Below are positions 29,151 through 39,551 of a DNA stretch of 64,000 bases, one piece after another (position 1 is the first letter of the stretch; each line of letters starts with the position of its first letter). The DNA lies in assembly GCA_965203355.1 (NCBI GenBank), contig OZ241889.1, positions 1,472,001-1,536,000 on the forward strand, in the 5' to 3' direction. A model generated the notes under the pieces. The model did no database searches, was not told the DNA's origin, and saw nothing but the letters and a program-made list of their open reading frames with translations. This DNA comes from Candidatus Latescibacterota bacterium. GTDB lineage: Bacteria > Latescibacterota > UBA2968 > UBA8231. The position numbers and the translations under genes were made by a program.

Positions 29151-30489
29151 CATCTTCGCGCTCCTCGTCTTGAGCAGCGCAGCGCTAGGCGCGGAGGAAA
29201 CAGTCCTGCGCATCGGCGATAAGAGCATATCCGTAGAGGAGTTCGCGCAAACAGCGCAAAAGCTCCGAGAGACCGGCTACAGCCACGTTGAGGCGTTAGA
29301 TCGGCCGGGCAAGCAGGAATTGCTCGATGGCGTCATCGCGCGGGAATTGCTCATTGCCGAAAGCCTCCGGCGCGGATACGACCGCGATTCGGCTATCGCC
29401 CAAGCCGTGGCTAAGAGCGAGCGCCAAGCACTGATGAACAAGCTCTACGAGCAGGAAGCCGTGCAGGCGTCGTATTCGTTTACCGAGGAAGAGTTGCGGG
29501 CGTTTTTTGCCGGGCGGCAATACGACATTGAAGTGTTCAGTCAGCACATTGTCTGCGCCACCGAAGAAGAGGCCCGGCTCGTCCTTGAACTGCTCGAGGA
29601 AGGGACGCCTTTTGAATCGCTGATCAGACCCTATTCGCTGCCGAACATCCAGCAGCGCTTTGGTCCCGGCGGTTGGGTCGGCTGGTTCAAGGTTGGGGAA
29701 GTGTTCGACGAGCTGAAAGAGCCGCTGGGGACGATGCGCCCCGGCAGCACGTACCCCGAACCCGTGCGGACGTCCATCGGCTACCACGTCTTTCGGCTCA
29801 AGGAACGGCGTCCGGTTGACTTCGCGGCCGTGCGCGAGTGGGTCGAGGGACAAGCGCGGCTCCAAAGCCGCGCCGACGACATGGAGCGCTACGTCGTTGC
29901 GCTGCGCGAGCGGTATGAGTTGGCGCTGGACGCGGAGGTTTTTGCCGAGTTGCTCGCCCTTCCGCCGCAAGCGACGCAGTGGAAGGGAGGGGAGGCGCCG
30001 CTGCTCACTTGGCGCGGAGGCCAGCTCATAGCGCAGGAGTACCTCGCCTTAGTCGAGCGGGGCCGTGCGCCGCACCCGGCCGAACTCGACAGTGCGCGTC
30101 TGTACAAGGCCGTGGACAATCTCGCCGGCAAGCAGATCATGGTGGCGGAAGCCCGCAAGCTGGGGATCGCCGATGATGCGGATATCCGCGCCAGCGTCGA
30201 GCGGGAACGAGACGCCCTGTTGGTCAAGCGGCTCTACCAAGCCGAGGCCGAGCGGGCCGGGGAAATCGGCGACGAAGCCGTGCGGGCCTTTTACGATCAG
30301 CACCTCGATCAGTTTACGCGCCCGGATGGTCAAGTAGTGGATTTTGCTTTTGTGCGCGAGAGCATTCGCGCGGCTCTGCGAATGCAGGCCGAGACCGAGG
30401 TCATGGACGCGCTATTGGCCGAGTTGCGCGAGGCGTATGCCGGCCAAATACAGGTGTTCCCAGCGGCGTTGGAAAAAGCGTTTGAATGA
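29131..30489 (+). CDS. PpiC/parvulin-type peptidyl-prolyl isomerase (SurA/PrsA-like), exported
   Basis: Signal peptide; QHIV..EEEA, GWVGWF, PVRTSIGYHVFRL; repeated SurA-like helical domains. Confidence 0.85.
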   Translation: MQYPLASIFALLVLSSAALGAEETVLRIGDKSISVEEFAQTAQKLRETGYSHVEALDRPGKQELLDGVIARELLIAESLRRGYDRDSAIAQAVAKSERQALMNKLYEQEAVQASYSFTEEELRAFFAGRQYDIEVFSQHIVCATEEEARLVLELLEEGTPFESLIRPYSLPNIQQRFGPGGWVGWFKVGEVFDELKEPLGTMRPGSTYPEPVRTSIGYHVFRLKERRPVDFAAVREWVEGQARLQSRADDMERYVVALRERYELALDAEVFAELLALPPQATQWKGGEAPLLTWRGGQLIAQEYLALVERGRAPHPAELDSARLYKAVDNLAGKQIMVAEARKLGIADDADIRASVERERDALLVKRLYQAEAERAGEIGDEAVRAFYDQHLDQFTRPDGQVVDFAFVRESIRAALRMQAETEVMDALLAELREAYAGQIQVFPAALEKAFE

Positions 30490-30490
30490 T

Positions 30491-33133
30491 CTAGCGATCC
30501 GTGCCCAAGCCCGCGTACACCGTGATGAAGGAGAGCAGTTCGGACGAAGCCGGCGATCCGTCAAAGCTGTTGCGGATCCAGCGGGCGCCGACGTTGGTCG
30601 TCAAGGCGTAGCCCAAGTACGCGGAGTTGTTGGCGACTTGGGCGGCGAGCACCCACGTGGTGCCGTCGAGCAGGTAGCCCGAGGGCAGGGGATTTGGGGC
30701 GGGGCGGAGATTGTTGAACAGCTCGCACTCGGCTCCGGCGATGAAGCTCATGTTGCGGTTGATGCTGCGCACGGCTTGCAGCGAGAAAATTTCCGTTAGC
30801 TCGCGGATTTTGAGTGCGTTGGGCTGGGCTGGCACTCGGCTGTTGTAAAGCTGTTTCCACTTGGGCACCAGAGTCCATCCGCGAATGTGGGTAGAGTACT
30901 CGCCTTTGACCACAATGCCCAAGAAGTGCTGGTCGCGCAACTTGTTTTCCCAATCCCCTAATTGCCGATAGAATTCGTGTTTGACCTTGACCGTCAAAGG
31001 CAGGTAGCGGTCGTAGTGTACTTCGAGATATGTGGTGTTGATGAAGGCGTTGCGCGCCAGCAAGAGGTCGCGGGTAAAGACCGAGCGGCCGCGCGTGCCG
31101 GGCAGGTCGCGCCACAGCAGCACATCGTCGGGAATGTCGTCTTTGACCCGGCGCGGATTGGCGATCAGCCACGCGCTGAAATCCTTTGCCGGGAGCTCCT
31201 TTTTTGCGGTCAGCAGCAGGTAGGCGGCTTGGTTTTCCCGGGCCGTTTCCAGCAAGCTCTGGTCGAGATAGCCGACCATGAGGTTCATGCGCGGCAAAAT
31301 CTCGATGGCGGCATAGGTGTTGAATCCTCGGCGGCCCAGTTTGTAGGGATAATCGGCTTCTCCGTCGTCCTCAAAGCGGTCGATGACGCCATTGCTGTTC
31401 ATGTCCATGCCGAACAAAAACTCCGGCGGATCCACGTCAAAGCGCAGAAACGGCTCCTCGTAGTCGGGCTGGGTGTTGAAGTTGCGGTTGAAATCCGAGA
31501 TGTCGTCGTTGTCTTCGTCAATGCCCGGAAAGACCGCGGCGTCGGTCAGCAACTGCTGCCCCTGTCGCGTGTTGACGCGGCTGCCGAACGTGCGCCGCGT
31601 CCAATCCGGTAACTCGTCTTGATCGTCGTTGTCATCGACGAATTCGTACAGGTGCCGTTGCTCGTTGTCGTAAAACACCTCTCCCTCGGCGTTGGGGATG
31701 AAGGCGCGGGTGGAGTAATCGGCGTCGATGCTGAAAACCTCGGCGAAAAAGGTGTAGGGATAGCTGCGCTTCTGCGCGGTCGCGTACATGGCTTGGGCCG
31801 CATGGGTCGCCAGCGTCTGGTTTGTGGCCATGTTCTCGTTGGGAAAGCGGCGGTACTGAAAGTTGCGGACAAACTCGCCCCGGAAGTCAAAGCCTTGCAG
31901 GTCGGCAATGGCGAGGTCAAAGCCCAACATGCGGGTCCCGGTCGGCAGGCCGTAGCTGAACCGGTGGAATGCCTGATTTGAGCCGTCCTTGACGTTGCCG
32001 GCCGCGCGCAATACCGGCAGAAATACGGGTGTGCCGAGGTTGTTGGTCTGTTTGTTGGAGGTTACTTCGACCTTGTAGTCGTTGGCCAGCACGAGGCCGA
32101 TTTCAATGCGCTCGATCTCGCGGAAATCGTCAATGGCGTCTTCTGTGCTCGGGGCGAAGTCTTCGATGTTGTAGGTCAGCGTGATGACGTCCGTGCCGCT
32201 GGCCACAATCGCGCCGCCGCGGCGAATGCCGCCCTCGACCACCGGAACGATGTCGCTGGTGTGCTCGACGCCATGGACGAAGATGCGCCAGCGCGACAGC
32301 AGGGCACCGCCCTCGCCGTCTTCGGGCGAATCGTCGGAAATGCGCACGACGATGGAGCGCACAAAGTCTGCGTTCATTGGGCCGCTGAGCAGGCCGCTGA
32401 GCGAATTGTCGCCAAACGGCAGGTTGGAGTTGCGATGCGCGGCATTGACAAAGGTCGCGCCGAGGGCGGCAAAATCCCCGACCTGCACCCGCCCTCTGGC
32501 CGCCATCAGGGTGGTGAAGGTATTGGCATAGACGCCACCGCCGACTTCACTGGAGGCAATTTCTCCGGTGTTGCTGACCCGCGACGACAACATGGTCAGG
32601 GCGTACTTGTCGGTCGTAAGGTCCCACTGAATGCCGTCGAAGCGCGGCTTGGAAAAGGTCAGGGGGGTCAAGGTTGTGCGGATGCCGTCGCCCACCATGA
32701 GGGCCGAGTAGAACTGCCCGGAATGGCTCGACGATACGAGCAGGTTGTTGAACCACGAGCGAAAGCGCGGATTTTTGGTGATGATGCTACCGTTGTCCTC
32801 TGGGTAGTCTTCGGTCCAGTCGTACACCAGCCAGCCTTGGGTGATGTAATCGCCGTACACGTCGTAAAACGGCGAGCCTTCTAAGAAAACCTCGGTGTAG
32901 CGCTCGTAGTGGTTGCGGGCGTAGTTGGAGTATTGCTCTTGCCGCCAGTCGTACAGCGAGTACAGCCGCTGTGGCAGGTACCATTTGCGCACCGAGGGCA
33001 CGAGGGTCGCCGGAGAAACTTCAGTCCCCGTGGTGTAATAGGGGTTGTCGTATGCGGTGGCGCGTTGGGCGCTGGCTGCTGGCGGCGTCCAAGCGAATAG
33101 GCAGATTAATAGGGTGAAGATTCGCTGTCTCAC
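30491..33133 (-). CDS. Large exported protein with acidic Ca-binding-like motifs and probable beta-rich/barrel C-terminus
   Basis: GTG 33133 after GAGGGAG; signal peptide; DDNDDQD, DEDNDD, DMNSNGVID; alternating aromatic/polar strands toward C-terminus. Confidence 0.8.
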   Translation of the reverse strand: MRQRIFTLLICLFAWTPPAASAQRATAYDNPYYTTGTEVSPATLVPSVRKWYLPQRLYSLYDWRQEQYSNYARNHYERYTEVFLEGSPFYDVYGDYITQGWLVYDWTEDYPEDNGSIITKNPRFRSWFNNLLVSSSHSGQFYSALMVGDGIRTTLTPLTFSKPRFDGIQWDLTTDKYALTMLSSRVSNTGEIASSEVGGGVYANTFTTLMAARGRVQVGDFAALGATFVNAAHRNSNLPFGDNSLSGLLSGPMNADFVRSIVVRISDDSPEDGEGGALLSRWRIFVHGVEHTSDIVPVVEGGIRRGGAIVASGTDVITLTYNIEDFAPSTEDAIDDFREIERIEIGLVLANDYKVEVTSNKQTNNLGTPVFLPVLRAAGNVKDGSNQAFHRFSYGLPTGTRMLGFDLAIADLQGFDFRGEFVRNFQYRRFPNENMATNQTLATHAAQAMYATAQKRSYPYTFFAEVFSIDADYSTRAFIPNAEGEVFYDNEQRHLYEFVDDNDDQDELPDWTRRTFGSRVNTRQGQQLLTDAAVFPGIDEDNDDISDFNRNFNTQPDYEEPFLRFDVDPPEFLFGMDMNSNGVIDRFEDDGEADYPYKLGRRGFNTYAAIEILPRMNLMVGYLDQSLLETARENQAAYLLLTAKKELPAKDFSAWLIANPRRVKDDIPDDVLLWRDLPGTRGRSVFTRDLLLARNAFINTTYLEVHYDRYLPLTVKVKHEFYRQLGDWENKLRDQHFLGIVVKGEYSTHIRGWTLVPKWKQLYNSRVPAQPNALKIRELTEIFSLQAVRSINRNMSFIAGAECELFNNLRPAPNPLPSGYLLDGTTWVLAAQVANNSAYLGYALTTNVGARWIRNSFDGSPASSELLSFITVYAGLGTDR

Positions 33134-33146
33134 GGTGTACTCCCTC

Positions 33147-35504
33147 TTAATAAACGACATGTACAAGCCGGTAAACGCGGTCGGCGCGGGCGTCTGCTTC
33201 TATGGCAATGCGCAGGACATAGACGCCGGGCGGCACGGTGTGGCCTGCACTCCGTCCGTCCCAGACGTAGCGGACGCGCCGCCCTGGCGCGCCTTGGCCA
33301 GTCAGCTCGACGACGGGTCGGCCATCTAAGGTAAATATTTGTACGCGCGGTACTTGCTCGGTCTTGACGACGGTGAACTTCAGTTCGCATAGGTCGTTAG
33401 TGCCATCGCCGTTGGGGGTTATCGAGCGGGTGTACGCAACATGGCGGATCAACGCGCCGCCCGCGACGGCCTCGGGCACGAAGACCAAGTCGGCACCGAA
33501 CTCGGCGGGCACGACGCCTTGAAGGTTGTCTGCGGCGGCCGAGTTGGCGACGAACGCGTTAAATACCGTGGGGCTGTGGGACAGGCGCGTGGAAAAGGCG
33601 ATGGCGACCGAATCGCGCCGGACCAACGGCGGCGGCAGTTCCACCCAGAGCGAATCTCCCCGCAGCAAGCCCGTGGCCGCGACCTCGGTGCCGCCCACGG
33701 ATGCGCTGATGAATGCGGCGTCGCGGCCCCCACCGGGCGGGAGCAGGATGAGCGCGCGATCGAACCCGGTGTCTCGGCTATTGAAGGCCACCGGCGCGAT
33801 GGTGTAGCGGAACATCTGCAAGGTGTCCATGACGGCTTCGCGGGGAAAGACGCGGCCGGTCAGCCCGGCGGTGATGACCGGCGCGTTGGCCACGAAAGTG
33901 AGCGCGCGCAGGGTGGGAAAAACCGCGGGATCGTCGCTGATGAGCCGCACCCGCGCCCGCAGCCACTGTCGCGGCGATGGCGAGAGGAACGCCTGCCCGG
34001 AGAAACGGTGGGGTTGGCTATACGCGCTCCAAGTGTCGTCGCGCACCTGTTCCTCGACGATGTCGCCGCGATTGCGTGATTTGGCCGACTCGTATGCTTG
34101 TTTGGTCACTTCTTTGCCATTGGACAGGAAGTAGCGCGTGATGGTCTGGAAGCCATTGCCGGTCTGAGTTTCTACTTCGATGCGCGTTCCGGGCGGCAGG
34201 TCGGCGTCCCATTCGACGAAGCGCATGCTGCGCGCGCCGCCGAGGAAAATGTCTGCGGACTCCAGCTCGATCTGCACGGGGTAGCCCTCGCTGTGGAAGA
34301 CGAAGAGTTGGACGGCGCGGTGGAACTGCTGCGGCCGCGTCACCCGCCACAACAGCAGCCGCAGTGCGCGTGGCTCGAACTGAAAGTCGAACAAGTAGCG
34401 GCCGGTGTTGTCAACGGACGACAGCAAGTCGTAGTGGAAAGGGCCTTCGACCACTGGATCGGCGCTGTTGCTGGGCGTGCCGTCGGAGGCGAAGAAATCA
34501 AAACTGGGCCAACTGCCCTGCTTGTCGCGCTGAAAGCCGTAGAGGAACGGGCCGCGGCCAGAGACGATCGGCAGCCAAATGACGCGATCGACGCGAAATA
34601 CGTTGCCAAAATCGACGACGGACCAGACGCCCGAATCGCGCCAGTTGCCCTTGTCTGAGGCTTCGATGTCCCACCCGCGAAATCCCACGTTTTGGTCGAT
34701 GAGGGCCTCGGCCCCGCTGCCCTTGCCGCAGCCCGGGCAGTCGCGGTGCTTAGAGGTCCACGTCCGTCCGCCCCAGTGCTCGGGGCGGTCCTCGGTCTGC
34801 ACCATGGAGGCGAGATTGAAGCCAATGCCGTCCACTTCTATTTCGGCGAGCGCGGCTTCGGGCGTGGTGCCGGCTGCTTCAAAGCGCACGAAGCGGACGA
34901 TGTCGAAATCGACGAGCTCGTCGGCGCTCAGGTGCTCGCCCGTGGCCGCGGCGAGGCCGGTTGTCTTGAGGTCGAACTCGACCAGGGCCGCGGTGTTGTT
35001 GTTGATCGGCCGCCCCAGTCGGCGATAGACAATGCGCTTGGCCCGGCCGCCAAAGACCGGAATGCCCGGGCTGACGTACACCGAGAAAAAGTTAAAGGGC
35101 TTGGCCCCGTCGCGGTCGGGAAAGCGGACGCGCACCTTGTCGGCCACCACAGAGCGCCCCAGGTCCAGTTCCAACCACCACGACTGCACCGGGGTGTCCG
35201 GGTCGGGTTTCCACCAAGTGTTTGGGTCTTGGTCGCCGACTAGGGCGGCCTGCTGCTGGTTGGACGGTGTGCGCGCAAAGCGCTGGCCGTATTCGCCGAT
35301 GGACTGGGCGGAAAACTCGCGGGCGTTGGCCACCGCGTTGAACCGCTGACCAAAGCGCTTTACTTCAATGCCCTGCGGCAAGACCTTGACCAGCCCCGGC
35401 GGATGGGCCCAAGAAGCAAAATCGGACCCGGCAAAGTGCAGGTTCTGGCCGCTCGCCGCGGCCGCGAGCAGGAGGGAAGCAATCGCTAGTGGTGGCGTTC
35501 TCAT
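33147..35504 (-). CDS. Secreted protein with discoidin-like domains and C-terminal FlgD-Ig / CHU_C-like domain
   Basis: Signal peptide; WLELDLG; ITPNGDGTND..IFTLDGRPV..WDG..VPPGVYVLRI..VHVVY. Confidence 0.8.
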   Translation of the reverse strand: MRTPPLAIASLLLAAAASGQNLHFAGSDFASWAHPPGLVKVLPQGIEVKRFGQRFNAVANAREFSAQSIGEYGQRFARTPSNQQQAALVGDQDPNTWWKPDPDTPVQSWWLELDLGRSVVADKVRVRFPDRDGAKPFNFFSVYVSPGIPVFGGRAKRIVYRRLGRPINNNTAALVEFDLKTTGLAAATGEHLSADELVDFDIVRFVRFEAAGTTPEAALAEIEVDGIGFNLASMVQTEDRPEHWGGRTWTSKHRDCPGCGKGSGAEALIDQNVGFRGWDIEASDKGNWRDSGVWSVVDFGNVFRVDRVIWLPIVSGRGPFLYGFQRDKQGSWPSFDFFASDGTPSNSADPVVEGPFHYDLLSSVDNTGRYLFDFQFEPRALRLLLWRVTRPQQFHRAVQLFVFHSEGYPVQIELESADIFLGGARSMRFVEWDADLPPGTRIEVETQTGNGFQTITRYFLSNGKEVTKQAYESAKSRNRGDIVEEQVRDDTWSAYSQPHRFSGQAFLSPSPRQWLRARVRLISDDPAVFPTLRALTFVANAPVITAGLTGRVFPREAVMDTLQMFRYTIAPVAFNSRDTGFDRALILLPPGGGRDAAFISASVGGTEVAATGLLRGDSLWVELPPPLVRRDSVAIAFSTRLSHSPTVFNAFVANSAAADNLQGVVPAEFGADLVFVPEAVAGGALIRHVAYTRSITPNGDGTNDLCELKFTVVKTEQVPRVQIFTLDGRPVVELTGQGAPGRRVRYVWDGRSAGHTVPPGVYVLRIAIEADARADRVYRLVHVVY

Positions 35505-35514
35505 GGCACCCCCA

Positions 35515-37548
35515 TTAGTACGCGACCCCGACCGCTGCCACGCGGGCGAACGTGCCGCGGTCAACCTCGACTGCGACGCGGATTAGGTATAGCCCTGGGG
35601 GCACGAGTTGCCCCCGCTCGTCTCGCGCATCCCACGGCATCGCGTACGGCCCGGCCGCGGCCTGCGCGTCTAAGATCGCGGCGCAACGACGGCCACTTAG
35701 GTCTCGCACCTCCACGCGCAACGCCCCCCCAGCGACGCCGAATAAATCGAATCCTATGGCGACCTGTTCGTTGACCCCATCGCCGTTGGGCGTAACCACG
35801 GGCGCAGATAGCCCAACCGCCCCGAGCATGCCGAGGGTTTCATCGCTGGAGACGACTTGGATGCTGTTGCTGGGCACGTCGGCGTGGGCGTCTCCCGCTT
35901 CAATGGACTGCGGCAAGCTAGCGGCCGAGGTGTTAAAAAGGCGGCTGGCCAAAAAGACCGATGGCTGGAATACCGCGCCGTGGAAGCGCACGCGAAACGC
36001 CTTGTCTTCTTGGAACGCCGTGGGAAAGGTGAAGCGCAACGTATCATCGCTGGCGGCGAGGGAAAAATCCTCGCCCTCGGTCGCTGGCTGATCGTCGATG
36101 GTCAGGTCGATGAAGCGGGAGGCCGGCAGAGCCTCCAACTCGATGCCGTCGAATCCCACGCGATTGCCGGCCTCCGTGCGAATGTGATAGGCAAAACGCT
36201 GGACGGCCCCGAGCGGCACCTCGACAGCCCCGTCCGCGCCGGTCTGCGCGTCGAGGGCGATTTCCGCCAGTGCGCGGTCGGCCAACAGCGGCGAGACCTC
36301 AAAAGCCAAGCTGTCGAGTACGCCAAAGGCCAGCGGGTCTTCGGTCGTGATGGCAAAGCGAAACTGGAGAAACTCGGCTCCGTCTGAAGAGCGGATTTCG
36401 TCGCCCGACGCTTGGTAATTGACGGACCAGCTATTCCAGTTTTCGATGTCGTCGTCGCGCTTGGCGCGGAAGCCGGCGATTCCCTCGGAAAACCGCTCTA
36501 CTATGCGCGGTGAGTCAAAATAGGCGTCCTCGTCTACTTCCAGCAGACGGCCGAGGTCGTCGAAGATGAAGTACGCCTTGGGATTGTCGTCTAAACCGGC
36601 GCGGGTCTGCAAGTTTAGCTGCACTGGTGCGGTGGGGTCGGCGGTGATTGCGCCGGAAGGCAACAGGCGATAGCGAGTGAATTGCCACGTGACTCGCCCC
36701 AAGCTCACGGCTTGGCCAAAAGAATGGGGCGCGGAGACGTAGCGGGCCTCTTGGGGATAGCCCCGACCAAAGACTTCGATTTCGGCCAGCAAGGTGGTGG
36801 TGGATACCTCGCCGAATTTGAAGCGGAGGAAGCGGGTAAAGCGCAGGTCGGTTGCGAGGGAAACAACGCTGGTGTTGTTGGCAAAGGTGCTAGCGATGAT
36901 TTCGTCGAGGGGGTGGTACCCTGACGATCCGGTTGACGTGGCTTCGTCCTCAAAGATCAGCCATTCGACCGGCACGTTGGTCCGGCTGACTTCGTAGGCG
37001 CGGGCGAATAGCTCGCGCTGCCGCTGATGGTCGCTGGTCAGCCCGGTCTGCGGCGGAAAGAACACGATGCTGTCAACGGGTACGGGCACGCCCAAGTCGA
37101 GCGTGATGAACTGTGTGCTGTTGGGGCGGCCATCGGCCCGCGCCTTGTGGGTAAAGCTCGCGGTTAGCTCGTCGCCATCGACCAGTCCGCGCATGACCTC
37201 CGGGGCGAGGGCGTTGGCACCGCCGCCCTGCCACAGGCGCGGGTGCCATCCCACCTCTAAGGTGTCGGCCTCGATCTGGCGCGGCCCTTTGTGCAAGCTC
37301 CAGCGATAGCCAAAGAGGTTGCGCTGAGTCGTGGCAATGCCCGTGCGCACGAGTTGGCGAGTAACGGTGTGGCCTAGGGGAATCGCCCGCGGCTGAATCG
37401 CTCCGGCGCGCACAGAGTCGTCGAGGGCGATCCAGCGCTCCACGGCCGCTGCCCACGGCGCGCCGCTCGCACCCCCGACGACCCAAGCCGAGGGCGTCTG
37501 CGCGGCCACCGGACTGCTGCTGACGAGCAGCAGCACCAGCCACCGCAT
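35515..37548 (-). CDS. Secreted protein with C-terminal FlgD-Ig / CHU_C-like domain (paralogue 2)
   Basis: MRWLVLLLV leader; ITLDLG; VTPNGDGVNE..DLSGRR..WDARDERGQLVPPGLYLIRV..VGVAY. Confidence 0.8.
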   Translation of the reverse strand: MRWLVLLLVSSSPVAAQTPSAWVVGGASGAPWAAAVERWIALDDSVRAGAIQPRAIPLGHTVTRQLVRTGIATTQRNLFGYRWSLHKGPRQIEADTLEVGWHPRLWQGGGANALAPEVMRGLVDGDELTASFTHKARADGRPNSTQFITLDLGVPVPVDSIVFFPPQTGLTSDHQRQRELFARAYEVSRTNVPVEWLIFEDEATSTGSSGYHPLDEIIASTFANNTSVVSLATDLRFTRFLRFKFGEVSTTTLLAEIEVFGRGYPQEARYVSAPHSFGQAVSLGRVTWQFTRYRLLPSGAITADPTAPVQLNLQTRAGLDDNPKAYFIFDDLGRLLEVDEDAYFDSPRIVERFSEGIAGFRAKRDDDIENWNSWSVNYQASGDEIRSSDGAEFLQFRFAITTEDPLAFGVLDSLAFEVSPLLADRALAEIALDAQTGADGAVEVPLGAVQRFAYHIRTEAGNRVGFDGIELEALPASRFIDLTIDDQPATEGEDFSLAASDDTLRFTFPTAFQEDKAFRVRFHGAVFQPSVFLASRLFNTSAASLPQSIEAGDAHADVPSNSIQVVSSDETLGMLGAVGLSAPVVTPNGDGVNEQVAIGFDLFGVAGGALRVEVRDLSGRRCAAILDAQAAAGPYAMPWDARDERGQLVPPGLYLIRVAVEVDRGTFARVAAVGVAY

Positions 37549-37562
37549 GTTGCTTAGAGCGG

Positions 37563-39551
37563 TCAATAGGCCACCCCTATCGGCTCTACGGCGGCAAACG
37601 CGGCGAAATCGGCCTCCACGCGGCCGCGGCAGAGGTACAGGCCTGGCGGAACTAGCGCGCCGCGATCGTCGCGACCGTCCCAAGTTTCGGAGTAAAAACC
37701 AGCGGGCCGCGGCTGGGAAGCTAGCTGGCGCACCCGGCGTCCGCTGAGATTGAAAATCTCGACCGCCACGGCTGTATCCGCGGCGAACTGGGACAACACG
37801 AGGTCAATGGCGACGGCATCGTTGCGGCCATCCCCGTTGGGCGAGATGATGGCCGTTGAAAGCGCTAGTTGTAACTCGGGCTGTGCCTGCGTTACAAAGG
37901 CGTTGGTCGCGTTTGTGCCCACTAATGCGCTGGCATTGCCCGGGGCGATGGGATGCGGCGGAACGCTCCCCGCGCCGAGGAGATAGGCGTTGATTGGGGT
38001 GTTGTGTACCAGCAGCCGCAGGCGGAAGGTGATCCGCAAGGGCTGGTTGTTGTCGGCGGCGACCGGGGCAAAGAAAAGGTCAAAACCGCGTTCGGTTGCC
38101 GCCCATTCAAAGTCTTCCACCGCTGTGAGGGGATCGCCCATTTGCAGGCGCTCGAATACCGGCGGTGGAAATGCCTCAACGCGGACGCCGCGATATCCGG
38201 GCACCTCGGCGGCGAACTCGGTGCGGATGTCGTAGGTAAAAGTCGTGTCAATGCCCCCGGCGACTTCGAGCAGGCCGCTGGCGGGAAAGGGATCGGTGGC
38301 AAGAGCGACCTCGCCGATGGCCTCGCTGACTAGCCCGGGCGAAAACTCCACCTGAAAGGTGTCGATGCGCACGGCGTTTTCAGCGTCGCCGTCGAAGAAG
38401 ATGCGGAACTGCGTGAATTCCCTTGGGCTGGGTAACGCTATGGGTGCTTCGATTGCGCCGGTGCTGGTGATGGGTGTGCTCGGCGACCACGCGCTCCAGT
38501 TATTCACGTCGTCGCGGATGTCGCCTTTGACGAAATCGCGCACCGGCCCTTGCTCCTCGATCGGCAGATCGAGGTATTCAGCCCGGTCCAGTTCCTCTAA
38601 CAGTTCGCCGGTGGCTGGGTCTTGGCGGAACAGGGCGCGGCGCGGTAGGTCTGTGTTGTATTCGGCGGCCGAGACCTCTTGCTGACGCCCGGTGTCGCGG
38701 TCGCGGCGAAAGTACGCCAGCGGGCTATCATCGGCTCCGGTCCGCATCTGGATGGCCGCAGTCGCGTCGCCGGTCGCGCCGAGTTTGGTCGCGTGTACGC
38801 GCAAGCGGCCGTAGTTGACCGGGCCGCCAAAGGAGTGTAGTGCCGATTCGTAGCTGGCGACCGGCACAAAGCCCTGTCCGTAGATTTCGAACTCGGCGAT
38901 GTTGAACGCTGTTTTCGACAGCACGAGTAGCTGGAGGAAGCGGCCCTGCAACGGGGCAAATTCGATATCGACGGTGGATTCGCGGTTGACTTCTACCCGC
39001 CGCAAAAGCTCGTATTCCGGTCGGTTGATGTCGTTGAAGTTTTCGCCGTCGTTGACCCGCAGCTCAAAGGCTTTGACAAAGGCGTCGTCGTTGGGAGCGG
39101 GAAAGAAGCGGATGCGGTTGACCGGGAAGGGCGCGCCCAAATCCCAAAAGAACGTCGCGCCAGCTTGGCTCTGGGCGGTCTTGAATACGCCCGACGAGGA
39201 AGTTGCGGGATCGCCGTCGATCAGGTCGAGGGGGCCGGAGAGCTGGTTGAAGAAGCCGTCGTTGGACCACGTTTGCGGCTGGCCGCCGAGGGTGAAGTCG
39301 CGGGGTTGGCCGTTGAGAAAGCGCTGGCCCGAAGCGCGGAGCAGCTCGATGAGGTTTTCGCCCGCTTGGAGCTTTAGGGGCTGTAGGCCGCCATCGACGT
39401 CTAGTGCGCCGATCTGCGTCTCGGCCTGCGAGACCCACGTCAGCCCCCCTTTGCCGATGTGCCACACCTCGACTTGTGCGTTGCTTGGTGTTAGCCCGCC
39501 AAGCAACGCTAGGACGATGCCGGCGAGGGATTTGGGCGCGTGAGCGGTCAT
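37563..39551 (-). CDS. Secreted protein with C-terminal FlgD-Ig / CHU_C-like domain (paralogue 1)
   Basis: Signal peptide; FWDLG; ISPNGDGRND..IFNLSGRRVR..WDGRDDRGALVPPGLY..IGVAY. Confidence 0.8.
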   Translation of the reverse strand: MTAHAPKSLAGIVLALLGGLTPSNAQVEVWHIGKGGLTWVSQAETQIGALDVDGGLQPLKLQAGENLIELLRASGQRFLNGQPRDFTLGGQPQTWSNDGFFNQLSGPLDLIDGDPATSSSGVFKTAQSQAGATFFWDLGAPFPVNRIRFFPAPNDDAFVKAFELRVNDGENFNDINRPEYELLRRVEVNRESTVDIEFAPLQGRFLQLLVLSKTAFNIAEFEIYGQGFVPVASYESALHSFGGPVNYGRLRVHATKLGATGDATAAIQMRTGADDSPLAYFRRDRDTGRQQEVSAAEYNTDLPRRALFRQDPATGELLEELDRAEYLDLPIEEQGPVRDFVKGDIRDDVNNWSAWSPSTPITSTGAIEAPIALPSPREFTQFRIFFDGDAENAVRIDTFQVEFSPGLVSEAIGEVALATDPFPASGLLEVAGGIDTTFTYDIRTEFAAEVPGYRGVRVEAFPPPVFERLQMGDPLTAVEDFEWAATERGFDLFFAPVAADNNQPLRITFRLRLLVHNTPINAYLLGAGSVPPHPIAPGNASALVGTNATNAFVTQAQPELQLALSTAIISPNGDGRNDAVAIDLVLSQFAADTAVAVEIFNLSGRRVRQLASQPRPAGFYSETWDGRDDRGALVPPGLYLCRGRVEADFAAFAAVEPIGVAY

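Noticed and set aside
33147-39551. Flagellar hook-capping (flgD) genes
   Set aside because: Only the Ig-like C-terminal domain is shared; proteins have Sec-type leaders and no flagellar genes are nearby.
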